Shown here: positions 1-13,029 of the stretch, piece by piece | Layout: every line of letters starts with the position of its first letter | Numbering within the stretch: position 1 is the first letter of the stretch | Origin: Chiloscyllium plagiosum | Taxonomy: Eukaryota | Direction: 5' to 3' | Assembly: GCF_004010195.1 (NCBI RefSeq) | Contig: NC_057746.1 | Coordinates: 9,171,412-9,235,411 of the forward strand | DNA length: 64,000 nucleotides | The notes under the pieces: generated by a model | Database searches by the model: none | What the model was told of the DNA's origin: nothing | What the model saw: only the letters and a program-made list of their open reading frames with translations | Position numbers and translations under genes: made by a program

Positions 1-478
1 AACATCTTTGTTAATCTTTCCTGAACCCTTTCAAGTTTCACAACGTCCTTCTGACAGGGGGAGACCAGAACTGGAGGATTGAAGCTACAGGGAGAGGCTG
101 AATAGGCTGGGGCAATTTTCCCTGGAGCATCAGAGGCTGCGGGGTGACCTTATAAAGGTTTATAAAATGATGACGGGCATGGATAGGATAAATAGACAAA
201 GTCCTTTCCCTGGGGTAGGGGAGTCCCAGAACTAGATGGCATAGGTTTAGGGTAAGAGGGGAAATATTTAAAAGAGACCTAAGGGGCATTATTTTCACGC
301 AGAGGGTGATGCATGTATGGAATGAGCAGCCAGAGGAAATGGTGGAGGCTGGTACAGTTACAGTTTGGAGGGATATGGGCCAAGTACTAGCAAAAGGAGC
401 TAGGTTAGTTTAGGATATCTGGTTGGCATGGACGAGATAGATCGAAGGGTTTGATCCACGCTGTACATCTCTATGACT
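1..478 (+). mobile_element. CR1-type LINE 3' fragment with an inverted 5' piece
   Basis: 1-72 is minus-strand CR1 ORF2; 73-478 is plus-strand ORF2 end (LGxFSLE..GDLIKVYKMM..GHRFRVRG) plus 3' UTR. Confidence 0.85.
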
Positions 479-754
479 ATAACCTAGAGTTGTGTGATTT
501 TTAACTTTGTCCACCCCAGTCCAACACTAGCACATCCACATCATTGATATACCAAGGGTCTAAGTTAGAGTTTGGGAATGTAAATACTGTAGTTTCTTGA
601 GATACTTAGTGAACAGTTATATTGTTTGTATTGTATTTTCACTGCAAGGTGCCTCAATCCCAGTATAACAATTGTATTGTTTACATTGAGATTGGTGAAT
701 AAACCTGTTAGACCATGCAACACCAGGTTATAGTCCATTAGCTTTACCTCGTGG

Positions 755-945
755 ATTTTCCCCTCTGCACCTTGGCAGCAGCTGCTCCAAGTTTAAGTGT
801 GTCACTGAGCACATAGCCCTGGACTTTGGAATGTGCCAGTCTGCAACACTCGTTCGAGGTCAATCCCTTCCTGTGCAAGACTAACAAATTTCAGGCAAAC
901 CAAAGAGTTAACGGTCCTCCAGGCACAGTTGATGTTTGTCTCCGT
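755..945 (-). mobile_element. Tx1/L1-clade LINE ORF2 C-terminal fragment
   Basis: reverse-complement match to 27299-27480 (ECCRLAHSKVQ..LKLGAAAAK). Confidence 0.7.
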
Positions 946-1194
946 GTTCAGGGAGCAGAGCACAGAATTGAACACATGCTGTATTCAATGTCCAATGTCC
1001 TCTACAGCCACAACATGACCTCTTAACTCCTATACTCAATACACTGACCAATGCAGTGTTCATCTGAGGATCACTGTGTTTCTGTTCAAAGTTGGCTTGA
1101 GTTTTAGTCAAGGTGCAGATTGCTGGCTCCAGGATTATACTATTTAGTTGTATTGGAGTCAGTTTCATTACAATGGGCCACTGCTTGATGACCA

Positions 1195-1392
1195 CAACGG
1201 TGAAGCATGATTCTCTCATTAAAGAGCGATGACCTTATTAGAGAGGTTTGACCTGAAGGTTATCATGCCTCAGGCAAGGGGTGAGGTTGAGAAGGCTCGA
1301 TCTTCAAGGTGACCTCAACCAGTACAAGAATTGAACCCATGTTATTGGTGTCACTCTGATTGGCGAACCAGCTGTCCAACCAACTGAGCTAA
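1195..1392 (-). mobile_element. tRNA-derived SINE (second family)
   Basis: A/B-box-like head (AGCTCAGTTGG...GGTTCAATTC) on the minus strand; same family as 37020-37205. Confidence 0.6.
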
Positions 1393-1842
1393 ATATTCAT
1401 CAATAAGCAATAGAGAACAACTTTATTACCAAAACGTTAACTCTGATTTCTCTCCATAGATGCTGCCAGACCTGCTGAACTTTTCCAGCAGTTTCTGTTT
1501 TCGTTTCTGATTTACAGCATCAGTTTTTTTAGGTTTTTATTTTATTACAATATTACCTCGTTTACGTGAAATAAATATATAGTATCATTCTAATTGCTAT
1601 TAGGGGTGGCAAGGTGGCTCAGTGGTTAGCACTGCTGCCTCACAATTCCAGCCTCGGGCAATGCTCTATGTGGGGTTTGCACATTCTCCCTGTGTCTGCA
1701 TGGATTTACCTCGGGTGCTCTGGTTTCCTCCCACAGTCCAAAGATGTGCAGGTTAAGTGAATTGGCCATGCTAAATTGCTCATAGTGTCCCAGGGTGTGC
1801 AGGTTAGGTGGATTGGCCATGGGAAAGGCAGGATTGCACGGA

Positions 1843-2757
1843 CTATAACACCAGGGTATAGTCCAACAGGTTTATTTGGAAACACTAGCTTTCGGAGCGC
1901 CGCTCCTTCATCAGGTGGTTATGGAGGACATAATTGTAAGACACAGAAAATATAGCAAAAGTTTTCAGTGCGATGTAACTGAAATTATACACAGATGCTC
2001 ACACTCACACTCGCACCCTCTCACCACAGACTTAACCCCTTTACACTCACACACACATATACACACTCTCTCACAGACACACTCAACTGCACAGATACAC
2101 ATATACGTTTGTGGGGGGAATTTGTACTTGCAGAGTTACATTGTGCTTTGCCCAAAAACGCATGAATCCATGTAAGATTCTGTTAATTCATTTTTAGATT
2201 AGAATCAGTCTAAACATTATGGCACAGACAACAGCACACAGAGGTGCTAACACCCAATACATTATTTGGGCTGACACCAATTGTTAAAGTTTACCTGAGA
2301 ATGTAATTTTTTTAAAAAAAGGTTTGTGATTTACATATGAAAGAAGTGAAACTATCGTGGTCATTCTAACAGATGAGAGACTTAAACAATTAGGGTACCT
2401 TCAATGTATAATTTCAGTTACATCACACTGTAACCTTTTGCTACAAATTCTGTGTCTTACAATTTTGTCCTCCACAACCACCTGATGAAGGAGCGTCGCT
2501 CTGACAGCTAGTGCTTTCAATCAAACGATGAGAGACTTAAACAATTAGGGTACCTTCAATGTATAATTTCAGTTACATCACACTGTAACCTTTTGCTACA
2601 AATTCTGTGTCTTACAATTTTGTCCTCCACAATCACCTGATGAAGGAGCGTCGCTCCGACAGCTAGTGCTTTCAATCAAACCTGTTGGACTATAACCTGG
2701 TTTTGTGTGGTTTTTAACTTTGTACACCCCAGTCCAACACCGGCATCTCTGAATCAT
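1843..2757 (+). mobile_element. Penelope-like element 3' end/pLTR with an inverted 5' segment and an internal 156-bp tandem duplication
   Basis: matches 24266-24780 in the opposite orientation; 1843-1990 inverted; 2372-2526 duplicated at 2528-2682. Confidence 0.85.
1886..1914 (-). ncRNA. Minimal hammerhead ribozyme-like core (Penelope pLTR)
   Basis: CAC-CUGAUGA-A-GGAGC(GGC)GCUCC-GAAAGCUA-GUG; stems I and II can form; palindromic AGCU stem III. Confidence 0.65.
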
Positions 2758-3778
2758 TACAAGGATAAGGTAGACATCTGGGTGGGATGCTCTTCAGGGG
2801 GCTAGTGTGGACTCAGTGGGCTGAATGGCTTGCTTCCACCCTGTAGGGATCTAAGATAATTGTAATAATGACTATAGAGACTCCTGTTACAACTTTTACA
2901 TTATGTGAATTAGTTTCATTATATTCTTTATCTTTAAATAATGTTACGGTATCAGTTTAGTTATAACCCATGCAGTATTCCACGGAAACACTCAGCCTTT
3001 GGCCTCAGGAACAACAAGAGGTCTGTCAGTGGATCGCCCTTTCCTTTTACAGACATCTGTTCGATTTTTAAAAAAAGACCTCTCCTGAAAGCTTGTGAAG
3101 TTTACCCCCCACAGCTATTCCTCAAAACATTGAGAGAAACTCTGAGCACAAACCACTTGAATCGACTGGAAAAGTACTCCGTTAATTTACCAGCTTGACT
3201 GCTTTTGATGCATGCTGGGAAACTGGGTTCGATGTCTTAGTGGGACAACACAATCTGTACACAGCAAAGGGTGTCGGGTCTCTGGCCAAACAAACAACAG
3301 ATGCAAACTCGGCCTCATGTAAAAAGCGTAGGTTTTAAAGTAATAACTTCTATTAAGATATAGTTTCGACTGGGTTCAGAACATAAGAACTAGGCAGAGG
3401 AGTAGGCAATTCAGCTTCTCGAACCTGCTCTACTGTTTAATACAATTGTGGCTGATCTCATCTCGTTTTCAACTCTATTTTGCCCTATAACATAAAACAT
3501 TCCACACACAACAGGCCCTTCAGTTCGCTGTCTGAGCTGACTACAAATCCCGTCTACCTGCATGTGGTCTGTACCCCTCTATTCTTTGCCTGTTCACATG
3601 TCTCTTTAAATGCCTGTTAAATGTTGCTATTTTATCTGCTTCTCCCACCTTCCCTGGCAGTGCATTCCAGGCACCAGACCCTCTGAACTATTCAGTCCCC
3701 ATCGCACATTTCCTTGAAAGTTCCCCCCATGTCCCCTAGTATTTGACACTTCCACCCTGGGAAAGAGACACTGACTAT

Positions 3779-4070
3779 GGGCGGCACGGTGGCACAGTGG
3801 TTAGCACTGCTGCCTCACAGCGCCAGAGACCCGGGTTCAATTCCCGCCTCAGGCGACTGTCAGTGTGGAGTTTGCACGTTCTCCCCGTGTCTGTGTGGGT
3901 TTCCTCTGGGTGCTCCGGATTCCTCCCACAGTCCAAAAATGTGCAAGTTAGGTGAATTGGCCATGCTAAATTGCCTGTAGTGTTGGGTGGAGGAATAAAT
4001 GTAGGGGAATGGGTCTGGGTGGGTCGGTGTGGACTTGTTGGGCCGAAGGGCCTGTTTCCACACTGTAAGT
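3779..4070 (+). mobile_element. HE1-type V-SINE
   Basis: GGCGGCACGGTGGCACAGTGGTTAGCACTGCTGCCTCACAGC...GGTTCAATTCC head; GTGGAGTTTGCAC core; CR1-like tail. Confidence 0.9.
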
Positions 4071-4079
4071 AATCGAATG

Positions 4080-4975
4080 TATCCATCCTATTCGTGCCTC
4101 TCATAACCTTATGTAGGTCTATGACCCCTCAGCCTCTCATGCTCAAGTGAAAATCATCCAAGTTTGTCCAGCCACTCCTTATAGCTAATAAGCACCAATT
4201 CAGACAACGTTCAGCTCTGAAGAAGAGTCATCTAGACTCGAAATGTGAGATTGCTCTGTCTCTATGGATGCCTGTCTAACCCGCTGTGATGTCCAGCATT
4301 TGTGTTTGTTTTCAGTACAGGTTCCAGCATCTGCAGTAACTTGCTCCAACATCCTGGTCAGCCTCTTCTGCACCCACTCCTTATCCTTCCTACAGTGTGG
4401 CGAGTAGAACTGCGCACAGTGCTGCAAATGTAGCCTCACCTTAGACATCTGCAACATGACTCACCAACTTTCCTTTTGCTATGCTCCGACCAATGAAGGC
4501 AAGCATGCCACGTTCCTTCTTTATCACCTTATCCACTTGTGTGGACACTTTCAGGAAGCTATGAACTTGGACACCAAGATACCTCTGCATATCAACGCTC
4601 CTAAGGCTGCGGCCATTTACTATATACGTTCCTCCTGCATTTGACCTCCCAAAAAGTATTACCTCACACCTGTCTCGATAAAACTCCATTCGCAGTTTCC
4701 TGCTCAACTTTCCAGCTGATCTTTGTCCTGCTACGTCCTTTGATATCCTTCCTCATCATTCATAACTCCACCAACTTTGTGTTGTCTGCAAACTTACTAC
4801 TCAATCCACTATGTTTTCATCGAAGTCACTTAACTATATATTTCAAATAACAGAGGCCCTACCACGGACCTCCTGTCAGAACACCCTTCATGACTGCCCT
4901 CTGCCTTTAATGGCCAAGCTAATTTTGTATACAAATTGCCAACTCACCATGAATTCCATGCGATTTGATCTTCTA
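4080..4975 (-). mobile_element. Degenerate CR1 LINE ORF2 fragment, interrupted at about 4200-4345 by a hammerhead-bearing terminal repeat
   Basis: ORF track RCEVILFGRSNAGGTYIVNGRSLRSVDMQRYLGVQVH; VRLHLQHCAQFYSPH. Confidence 0.8.
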
Positions 4976-5369
4976 TCATAAAGGATTTTGTTGAATGCTT
5001 CAGTTACATCTCAATTAATTATTAATTAAAAATCTATCTATCTATCTCCTCCTTACATTTATTCAATGTCCCGGCACCCACTGCGCTCTGGCAATGAGAT
5101 TGGGTTGGACCGAAGGGTGTGTTCCCATGCTGTATGACTCTGTGCAAATATGTCCAACTTCCTATGAATGCAAAAAAATACATGAATATGTATAAAAAAA
5201 ACTATACAGCATATCGGACATTTAATCTATATATGTATGTGAGAAGTAAAGCCAGTACTTATTTAGGGATTGTCTGGAGATTTGTTCACAGCTGAAAAAC
5301 ATCAATTTCCACAGTACTTCCTGATAGTTTGCTTTTGTTTACTGTAGCAATTGCATGTATTTTTTTCCC

Positions 5370-5697
5370 ATAGAATCTCTACAGTGTGGAAACAGGCCCT
5401 TCGGCCCAACAAGTCCCCACTGCCCCTCTGAAGAGTAACCCACCCAGATCCATTCCCCTACCCTATTATACTCTATTTGCCCCTGACAAATGCACCTAAC
5501 CTGCCCATCCCTGAACACTACGGGCAATTTAGCACGGCCAATTCACCTAACCTGCATTGTGGATGGTGGGAGGAAACTGAGGAAACCCACGCAGACACAG
5601 GGAGAATGTGCAAACTCCACACAGACTGAGGCTGGATTTGCTCCCAGGTCCCTGGCGCTGTGGGGCAGTAGTGGTTAAGCACTGAGCCACCCTGCCT
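5370..5697 (-). mobile_element. HE1-type V-SINE
   Basis: reverse complement of 3779-4070. Confidence 0.85.
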
Positions 5698-6072
5698 CCC
5701 ATTTGTTTGCTCCACTTTTTATTTGGAGATAGTATGTTAGAATCTTTTTCAAACCGTTTGCAGTTTGATCGAAGTGAAATACTGTGAAAGCTGGATGTCT
5801 GAAATATGCACAGAAAGTGCTGGAGAAACGCAGCAGGTCTGGTAGCAGACGTTGTAAAGATGAGTCAGGGGACTCTGTTTATGTTTCCAGCAACAGCCTG
5901 TTTTTAATCTGTATTTGCAATGCTGACACCATCTGGGTGGATTACAGCAAAACCATGTAGATTATTTGATACACCACTTAAACAGAAGATCTCTGGTTAA
6001 TGCCTGAACTCTTGTCCTCATAGTTTGTGATCCAACAACACACGTCACAATCAAATCTGATTCTGCTTTTAG

Positions 6073-6168
6073 GATCAGTTGAAAGCATCTTTGGATTCCA
6101 TGGAGAATGAAAAGGAAAGTAAAAGTGAATTAAAGCGACAACTGCAGAGAGAGATTTCCGAACTGCAT
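6073..6168 (+). CDS. TRIM gene A, coding exon 2 (coiled-coil, 96 bp)
   Basis: ttttag|GATCAG...CTGCAT|gtgagt; 96 bp, phase 0, DQLKASLDSMENEKESKSELKRQLQREISELH; typical 96-bp TRIM exon; paralogous to 28790-28885. Confidence 0.9.
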
Positions 6169-6249
6169 GTGAGTATGACTTCAGTTTCCCTTATAATCCC
6201 ATGATACTTTACCTACCTGCTGTTCAAATGATCTCCGTCACTGTTGTAG

Positions 6250-6483
6250 CAACTCACCGGATGCCTGGAGAAGGACATCTCTGCACAGTTTTTCAAAATC
6301 CATCAATATCTCGAAGACAAAGAGAAATATTTAATCGAAGAGCTGAGGCAAAAGAAGGAGGAAGATCTGCGACCAATGGAGAAGAGCCTGAAAAGAATCG
6401 AAGAGGAACTAACTTCGCTTGAGGAGGGGATATCGAACCTTTGTGTAGACATCAAACAGCAAGACAATATCTCCTTTCTCAAG
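6250..6483 (+). CDS. TRIM gene A, coding exon 3 (coiled-coil, 234 bp)
   Basis: tgtag|CAACTC...CTCAAG|gtgatc; QLTGCLEKDISAQFFKIHQYLEDKEKYLIEELRQKKEEDLRPMEKSL...DNISFLK; paralogous to 28965-29195. Confidence 0.92.
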
Positions 6484-6599
6484 GTGATCATTTTATATTA
6501 AAAAGACCCTAAGCTGCTGGTGTAATTGCAAACAGAAATTCATGAGATGGTCTGACATTGGTGAACTCAGTGTTGAGTCCAGAGAGCTGAATCAAAAGA

Positions 6600-8100
6600 T
6601 GAAGTGCTGCTTCTCAAGCTAGCGTTGAGCTCCATTACAGCACTGTAGCAGGACCTAGTTCAGAAACATTAGTGTCGTAACAAGTTGGAGAATAAGTGTT
6701 TGGAAGCTCAGGGTCACACGTGTTTTCTGAATGGGGGTGTGCTGCAAAGCCATTACCCTGTGAGTGTTTGGTCTCCCACAGTACAACATCCTGAAACGCA
6801 AATAATGTGTATGAGAGTAAAATAGGAACAAAGCAATCACTGTTTCACTTGAGGGGAGTGTTTGAATCATTGGTTGGTGTAAAGGGAGGATGCGGAAGCT
6901 AAGTGTTGCATCTCCTGCATTTGCAAGGAAAGGTGGTGTTTGGGATGAAAGCGGTTGTTGGTGACGACTGAGGACCAGGGTGTCTTAGAGGGAAAAGTCT
7001 CTTTTGGAGCACTGAAAGGGGGAGGGCAGGGGAAGGTCTGATTAGTGGGGGCACTATGCTGGAGGGTGGCAGGAAAGACAGAGGATGACGATTTAATATG
7101 CGGGCTGGTGAGGTGGAGGGTGATGAGGAGGGAAAATCTATCATGGTGCTAGTTGGGAGAGAGAAGGCGGAGTGCGGAGAGACACACAATGGATCAGCCA
7201 TTATGGAGAGTCCTATCATCCACCATGGTGAAGAATGAGGGGCTAACCTCGGTTGAGGAAAACAACAAGACTTGGTGGTAGCACGATGGCTCAGTGATTA
7301 GCACTGCAGCCTCACAGCACCAGGGGCCTGGGTTCGATTCCAGCTTCAGGCGACTGTCTGTCTGTGTGGAGCTTGCACATTCCCCCGGTGTCTGCATGGA
7401 TTTTCCTCCAAGTACTCCAGTTTCTTCTCAGAATCCAAAGATGTGTGGGTTCGGTGGATTGTTCATGCTAAATTGCCCATAGTGTCCAGGGGTGTGTAGA
7501 TTATTCATGGGAAATGCAGGTTTACAGGGATGGGGGGAAGTGGGCCTGGGTGAGATGTCCTACAGAAGGTCGGTGTGGGTTTGAAGGGCCGAATGGCCAG
7601 TTTCCATACGATAGGGATTCTATGATTCCAGCTGTTCAGAAGCAAAATTCCTAAAGATTGCACTGTCAGGACAGAAGCCACAGACTTGGGAAAAACTTGG
7701 AAGCAGGGTGTGACAACATGCTGCAGATATAACTGAGGGAGTTGATGGGCTTATAATGAAGCAGCTTATCCTCAGAAATGGGGACTGAATAGTTCAGGAA
7801 GGGTCAGAGATGGACTTAAGTGAGGGTGAAACAATGCTGGAAATTGACAAGGAATGTTTTGGAGCGAGTTGTAAAAGGCTTTGATCCAGTCTGGAATGAG
7901 TGAGGGAGGGAAATTTAGGGCTTGAATGATCCACGTTCAACGTATCTCACAAAAGGTCAGCCTTTGCCAGGCCGGTACCCATAGCAACACCTTCCACTGC
8001 AGTGGAAGTGAGTGGAGTTGAAGCTGAGGTAGTTCAGAGTGGGAACAAGCTCAGACAGGAGGAGGATGGTGGTGCTGGATCTGGACTGGTCTAACCTCTG
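6600..8100 (-). mobile_element. Old degenerate Penelope-like element (second family), RT and GIY-YIG remnants; HE1 SINE inserted at 7276-7625
   Basis: minus-strand remnants ELVPTLNYLSFNSTHF (RT), TTFPCKCRRCNT (Cys linker) and an LYxG-like GIY-YIG region. Confidence 0.65.
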
Positions 8101-8124
8101 TTAGAGACACAGAGAGGCTTCACT

Positions 8125-10312
8125 TAACAGGGTTGTTAAGGAGGCGTTTGGTGGGTTGGTGTTTATTGGTAAGGGGATTGAGTTTCGGAGCCATGAGGTC
8201 ATGCTTCAGCTGTACAAGACACTGGTAAGGCCACACCTGGAGTATCGCATACAGTTCTGGTCATTGCATGAAAGGAAGGATGTGGAAGCTTTGAAAGGGG
8301 TTCAGAGAAGGTCCATTAGGATGTTGCCTGGTATGGAGGGAAGTTCTTACGAGGAAAGGCTGAGGGAAATGAGTCTGTTTTCATTGCAGAGAAGAAAGTT
8401 AGGAGGTGACTAGACAGTATATTCCTGTCAGGGTGAAAGGAAAGGCTGGTAGATATAGGGAATGCTGGATGACTAAAGAAATTGAGGGTTTGGTTAAGAA
8501 AAAGAAGGAAGTATATGTCAGGTATAGACAGGATAGATCGAGTGAGTCCTGAGAATAATATGAAGGCAGTAGGAGTATACCGAAGAGGGAAATCAGGAGG
8601 ACAAAAAGGGGATTTGAGATAGCTTTTCCAAATAGAGTTAAGGAGAATCCAAAGGGCTTTTACAAATACATTAAGGACAAAAGGGTAACTAGGGAGTGAA
8701 TAGGGGCCCACCAAAGATCAGCAAGGCGGGCTTTGTGTGGAGCCGCAGGAGATGGGAGAGATATTAAACGAGTATTTTGCATCAGCATTTACTGTGGAAA
8801 AGCATATGGAAGATATAGACTGTCGGGAAATAGATAGTGACATCTTGCAAAATGTCCATATTACAGAGGAGGGAGTACTGGATGTTTTGAAACGCATAAA
8901 AGTGGATAACTCCCCAGGAGCTGATCAGGTGTACCCTAGATCTCTGTGGGAAACTAGGGAAGTGATTGCTGGGCCTCTTGCTGAGATATTTGTATCATCA
9001 ATAGTCACAGGTGAGGTGCCAGAAGACTGGAGGTTGGCTAACGTGATGCCATGTTTAAGAAGGGTGGTAAGGACAAGCCAGGGAACTACAGACCAGTGAG
9101 CCTGACCTTGGTGGTGGGCAAGTTATTGGAGGGAATCCTGAGGGACAGGATGTGCATGTATTTGGAAAGGCAAGGACTGATTCGGGATAGTCAACATGGT
9201 TTTATGCGTGGGAAATCATGTCTCGCAAACTTGATTGAGTTTTTTGAAGAAGTAACAAAGAGCATTGATGAGGGCAGAGCAGTAGATGTGATCTATGTGG
9301 ACTTCAGTAAGGCATTCGACAAGGTTCCCCGTGGGAGTCTGATTAGCAAGGTTCGATCTCGTGGAATACAGGGAGAACTAGCCATTTGGATACAGAACTG
9401 GCTCAAAAATAGAAGACAGAGGGTGGTGGTGGGGTGTTGTTTTTCAGAGTGGAGGCCTGTGGAGTGTTACAAGAATCAGTGCTGGCTCTATTACCTTACA
9501 TCATTTATATAAATGATTTGGATATAAGCATAAGAGGTACAGTTAGTAAGTTTGCAGATGACACCAAAATTTGAGGTGTAGTGGACAGCGAAGAGGGTTA
9601 CCTCCGAGTACAACAGGATCTTGATCAGATGGGCCAGTGGGTTGAGAAGTGGCAGTTGGAGTTTAATTCAGATAAATGCGAGGTGCAGCATTTTGGGAAA
9701 GCAAATCTTAGCAGGACTTATGCACTTAATGGTAAGATCCTAAGGAGTGTTCCTGAACAAAGAGACCTTGGAGTGCAGGTTCATAGCTCCTTGAAAGTTG
9801 CAGGTAAATAGGATAGTGAAGAAGGTGTTTGGTATGCTTTCCTTTATTGGTCAGAGTACTGAATACAGGAGTTGGGAGGTCATGTTGTGACTGTACAGGA
9901 CGTTAGTAAGGTCACTTTTGGAATGTTGCGTGCAATACTGGGCTCCTTCCTATCGGAACGATGTTGTGAAACTTAAGAGTTCAGCAAAGATTTAAAAGCT
10001 TGGGACATCTGGTCGGCATGAATATGTTGGACCGAAGGGTCTGTTTCCGTGCTGTATATAGGGCATAGCTTTTAAATTGAGGGGTGATAGATTTAGGACA
10101 GATATCAGGAGTAGTTTCTTCATTTGGAGAGTTGTAGGGGTGTGGAATGGCCTGCCTGCAACAGTAGTAGACTCGCTGACGTTAAGGGCAATTTAAATGA
10201 CATTTAAGGGTAGATAGGGATAATAATGGTTCGATGGGCATCAGGTTAGTTTCACAGGTCGGCGCACCGTCGAGGGCCGAAGGGTCTGTACTGCTGTAAT
10301 GTTCATTGTTCT
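8125..10312 (+). mobile_element. Nested CR1 LINE fragments, including an ORF2 RT region at about 8411-10040
   Basis: GNYRPVSLT, DSQHGF, YVDFSKAFDKVP, KFADDTK, DKCEV..FGK motifs with frameshifts. Confidence 0.93.
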
Positions 10313-10924
10313 ACGAAAACAAAAAATGCTGGCAATCACAGCAGGTCAGGCAGCATCCGTGGACAGTCAGAAAGGTAACGTTTCGAGTCTCAGAATGACA
10401 CTTCACCCACTCGGGGAAGAACCATTATCTAGACTCGAGATGTTAACTTTCTGTCTGTCCACGGATGCTGCCTGACCCGCTGTGATTTCCAGCATCTGCA
10501 GTAATGTTCTCCTGAGGAGACAATCAGGATGGACAATGAATTGTAAAGGGTTCGACGACCATGGTAAAGATGAACTGGTTGCTGTAATCCTTCATTTAAG
10601 CTAAAAGATTGTCTTGCTTTAGTTTTCTTTTTATTCCCCGCTCCCCGAATTTCCTGAAGTGAATGGTATGTTGGGGGTTCAGTCTGATGGTGACCAACCA
10701 TGAGTATCGATCTTTCAAACTTTAAAGTCTTAAACAGCAGAGCAAATCCTATCCGATGTGTTGAGGGCAGGGGTACCTGATGTGGTATCACTGTAGTGTG
10801 TCAGTGAAAGCTCCAATCAGTTCCGTTTGTTTTTTACTAAAATCACTGCTTATTTATTTTTATAATGTACAACCTAAACAGCACCATGTATCTATTAACG
10901 TGATTCTGATTCTTTATCCTGCAG

Positions 10925-10947
10925 GAAGCAAAGAGATTGGGAGAAAG
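10925..10947 (+). CDS. TRIM gene A, coding exon 4 (23 bp)
   Basis: ctgcag|GAAGCAAAGAGATTGGGAGAAAG|gtgagt; 23-bp micro-exon typical of C-IV TRIMs; phases fit the neighbouring exons. Confidence 0.88.
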
Positions 10948-11029
10948 GTGAGTGTCTAATCTCAGTGTGCATCTGGGTTTTGTTGCCTGCATCCAGCAAT
11001 GAATGATTAATTCAATCCCATTTTAACAG

Positions 11030-11250
11030 ATATCTGTCCAGCAAGGAGGACAGAGAAGATGCAGAGAGCAGTGAAGCTGAAGAAGATAACCATAAAAGCC
11101 AGGATTCTGAGGATGATGAAGGAGAAGGAAGTGAACGCTCAGCAGAAGAAGAAAAAGAGACGCCTCTATATTCAAGAAGGAAATACACAGGATTCCGAGG
11201 CCCGTTGCTCTACACAGTGTGGAAGCAAATGAAACAGATCATCTCTCCGG
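11030..11250 (+). CDS. TRIM gene A, coding exon 5 (linker with acidic stretch, 221 bp)
   Basis: aacag|ATATCTG...CTCCGG|gtaaga; YLSSKEDREDAESSEAEEDNHKSQDSEDDEGEGSERSAEEEKETPLYSRRKYTGFRGPLLYTVWKQMKQIISP. Confidence 0.9.
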
Positions 11251-13029
11251 GTAAGAAACCCCACAGCTTTGTGTCCACTCTCTGGAAAGTTTCTGTTCTG
11301 TTATTGAGTGGAGGAGGTCACTGTTGGCAGTATCCCCTGGGATCTCTCACTCAAGGGCCATACTTTGGGTGGGACCTGAGGGGAAGTGATACAACAATGT
11401 TCGGGATCAGAACAGCGTTTGTTATGGTATTCACATCCAGACGTTTAACAGAATTGGAAGTGGTCAGAAATCACGAGTCCTTTCCTAGGACACGGCAGCT
11501 CCCACGTTGGCAGGGGGCAGAAATGGAGTCGGTTCCAGATCCACAAATGTGTTTACATTGGCTGCTCGACATTTTAATTCTCCACAGTGTCACTTTTCAG
11601 ACCAGGTAAGGGCGAGTGTACACCTTACATTGGGATAACAGGGTAAGGTGTCATGTTGGACTCCTGGGGCACTTTTCGAAGGAGTAAAAACTGCTGGGAT
11701 TGAGGTAGAGTAGCCATCCTTTGTGAGAAGTGAGCTACGACATTGGGAGAGGTCAGGTACCATCTTGAGCTGTTAAATCTAGACAAGCTTGTCACAAAAT
11801 AGTGCATTGAGAATTCCTACCTGTCAAAGGACTGTCATCGTTGTCAAAAACTGTCATGGCATCAAAGGGACCAGTCTCAGCATTTAAAGCTCCCGATATA
11901 TAAATGAGTGAAAATAAATCTGGAAAGTTTCTATCTCACTCTGTTGACATAAGCCTGACAATTTCCTCTCTTGTCGAAGAGTGTATGCTGGAAAACTACA
12001 ACCGGCCAGGCAGCATCTGGTGAGCAGGAGAGTTGACATTTCGAGCATTAGCTCTTCAACAGGAGCGTTGGAAACATGGAGTCTCCTGCACCTTAGATGC
12101 TACCTGACAGGCTGTGCTTTTCCAGCACCACACTCTTCGACTCTGATCTCCAGCATCTGCAGTCCTCACAATCTCCTAATTTCCTGTCTTGGGTGAGTGC
12201 TGGAAAGCTATGCGAATTCAGGTTATTACGGTAGGGTTCACTTGAGGTAGACAGCGGCAATTGCTTTTAGATTTTTTTTGATGTGGGACTGTGAATTCCA
12301 ACACTTGAATGCAACATTTCGTGTCATAAGACTGTATCTTGCTCTTGAAATGTGCATATAATAATTGTGCTTTTATGACTGAGTATTTTTCTTAGTATAT
12401 GAAGTCCGTAAAACATTTACATTAGAACAATAGAACTTCAACTTTCATTATCTATGCTTGGGTCTGGAGGTAAGCCATGGTTGATGCTCAGTGTGTTGGC
12501 ATGGGAGGTCAAAGAGCATAGGGTAGTAACTGGGTGAATGGGTTGGTATGTAATGGCATTATGTTGGCATAGGTGCCACCCAGCATCCAGTCTGTCTGAT
12601 CTAGAAAGTGACCACAAGTAGGCCATCACTAACAGAGGAAATGTTGGCAAACTACTGCAGGTGTGGCTACATCTGAAAAAATTCATATTGGACCTGAAGC
12701 ATTCACTCTGTTTCTCTCTTCACAGATGAGTTTCATCCAGTATTCTGTGAGTCTATTACCGCCTTACCTGTGGTCACCTTGTTGATCAGACAGACTGAAT
12801 GCTGAGTGGAAAAACTGCAGATCAAGGATAACTGTCACCTCTCCCTCCCCTCGCAGGCTGTTCAGAGGAAGTGGTGTTTCACATGGAACACTGTCATTCA
12901 TTTATTGACATCCATATTTATTCCAGGCAGTTGCTGTCCTGTCACCTTACAGTGATGCACCACTGAAAGCCAGTGTTTCTGCACATGCACAGTCCCTGCA
13001 CCATTAATGGTCAAGTTTGGACAATAAAC

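Larger units (their letters stand above)
1603..2852 (+). mobile_element. HE1-type SINE split by a Penelope-derived insertion
   Basis: SINE head and V-domain at 1603-1842, tail resumes at about 2757-2852. Confidence 0.8.

Noticed and set aside
3779-3850. tRNA genes at SINE heads
   Set aside because: A/B boxes belong to tRNA-derived HE1 SINEs and run on into the SINE body; no complete cloverleaf
1-6072. RING/B-box exon of TRIM gene A
   Set aside because: No Cys/His pattern found; most likely upstream of the window, since TRIM-B intron 1 is 11 kb, so a RING-less TRIM is not claimed
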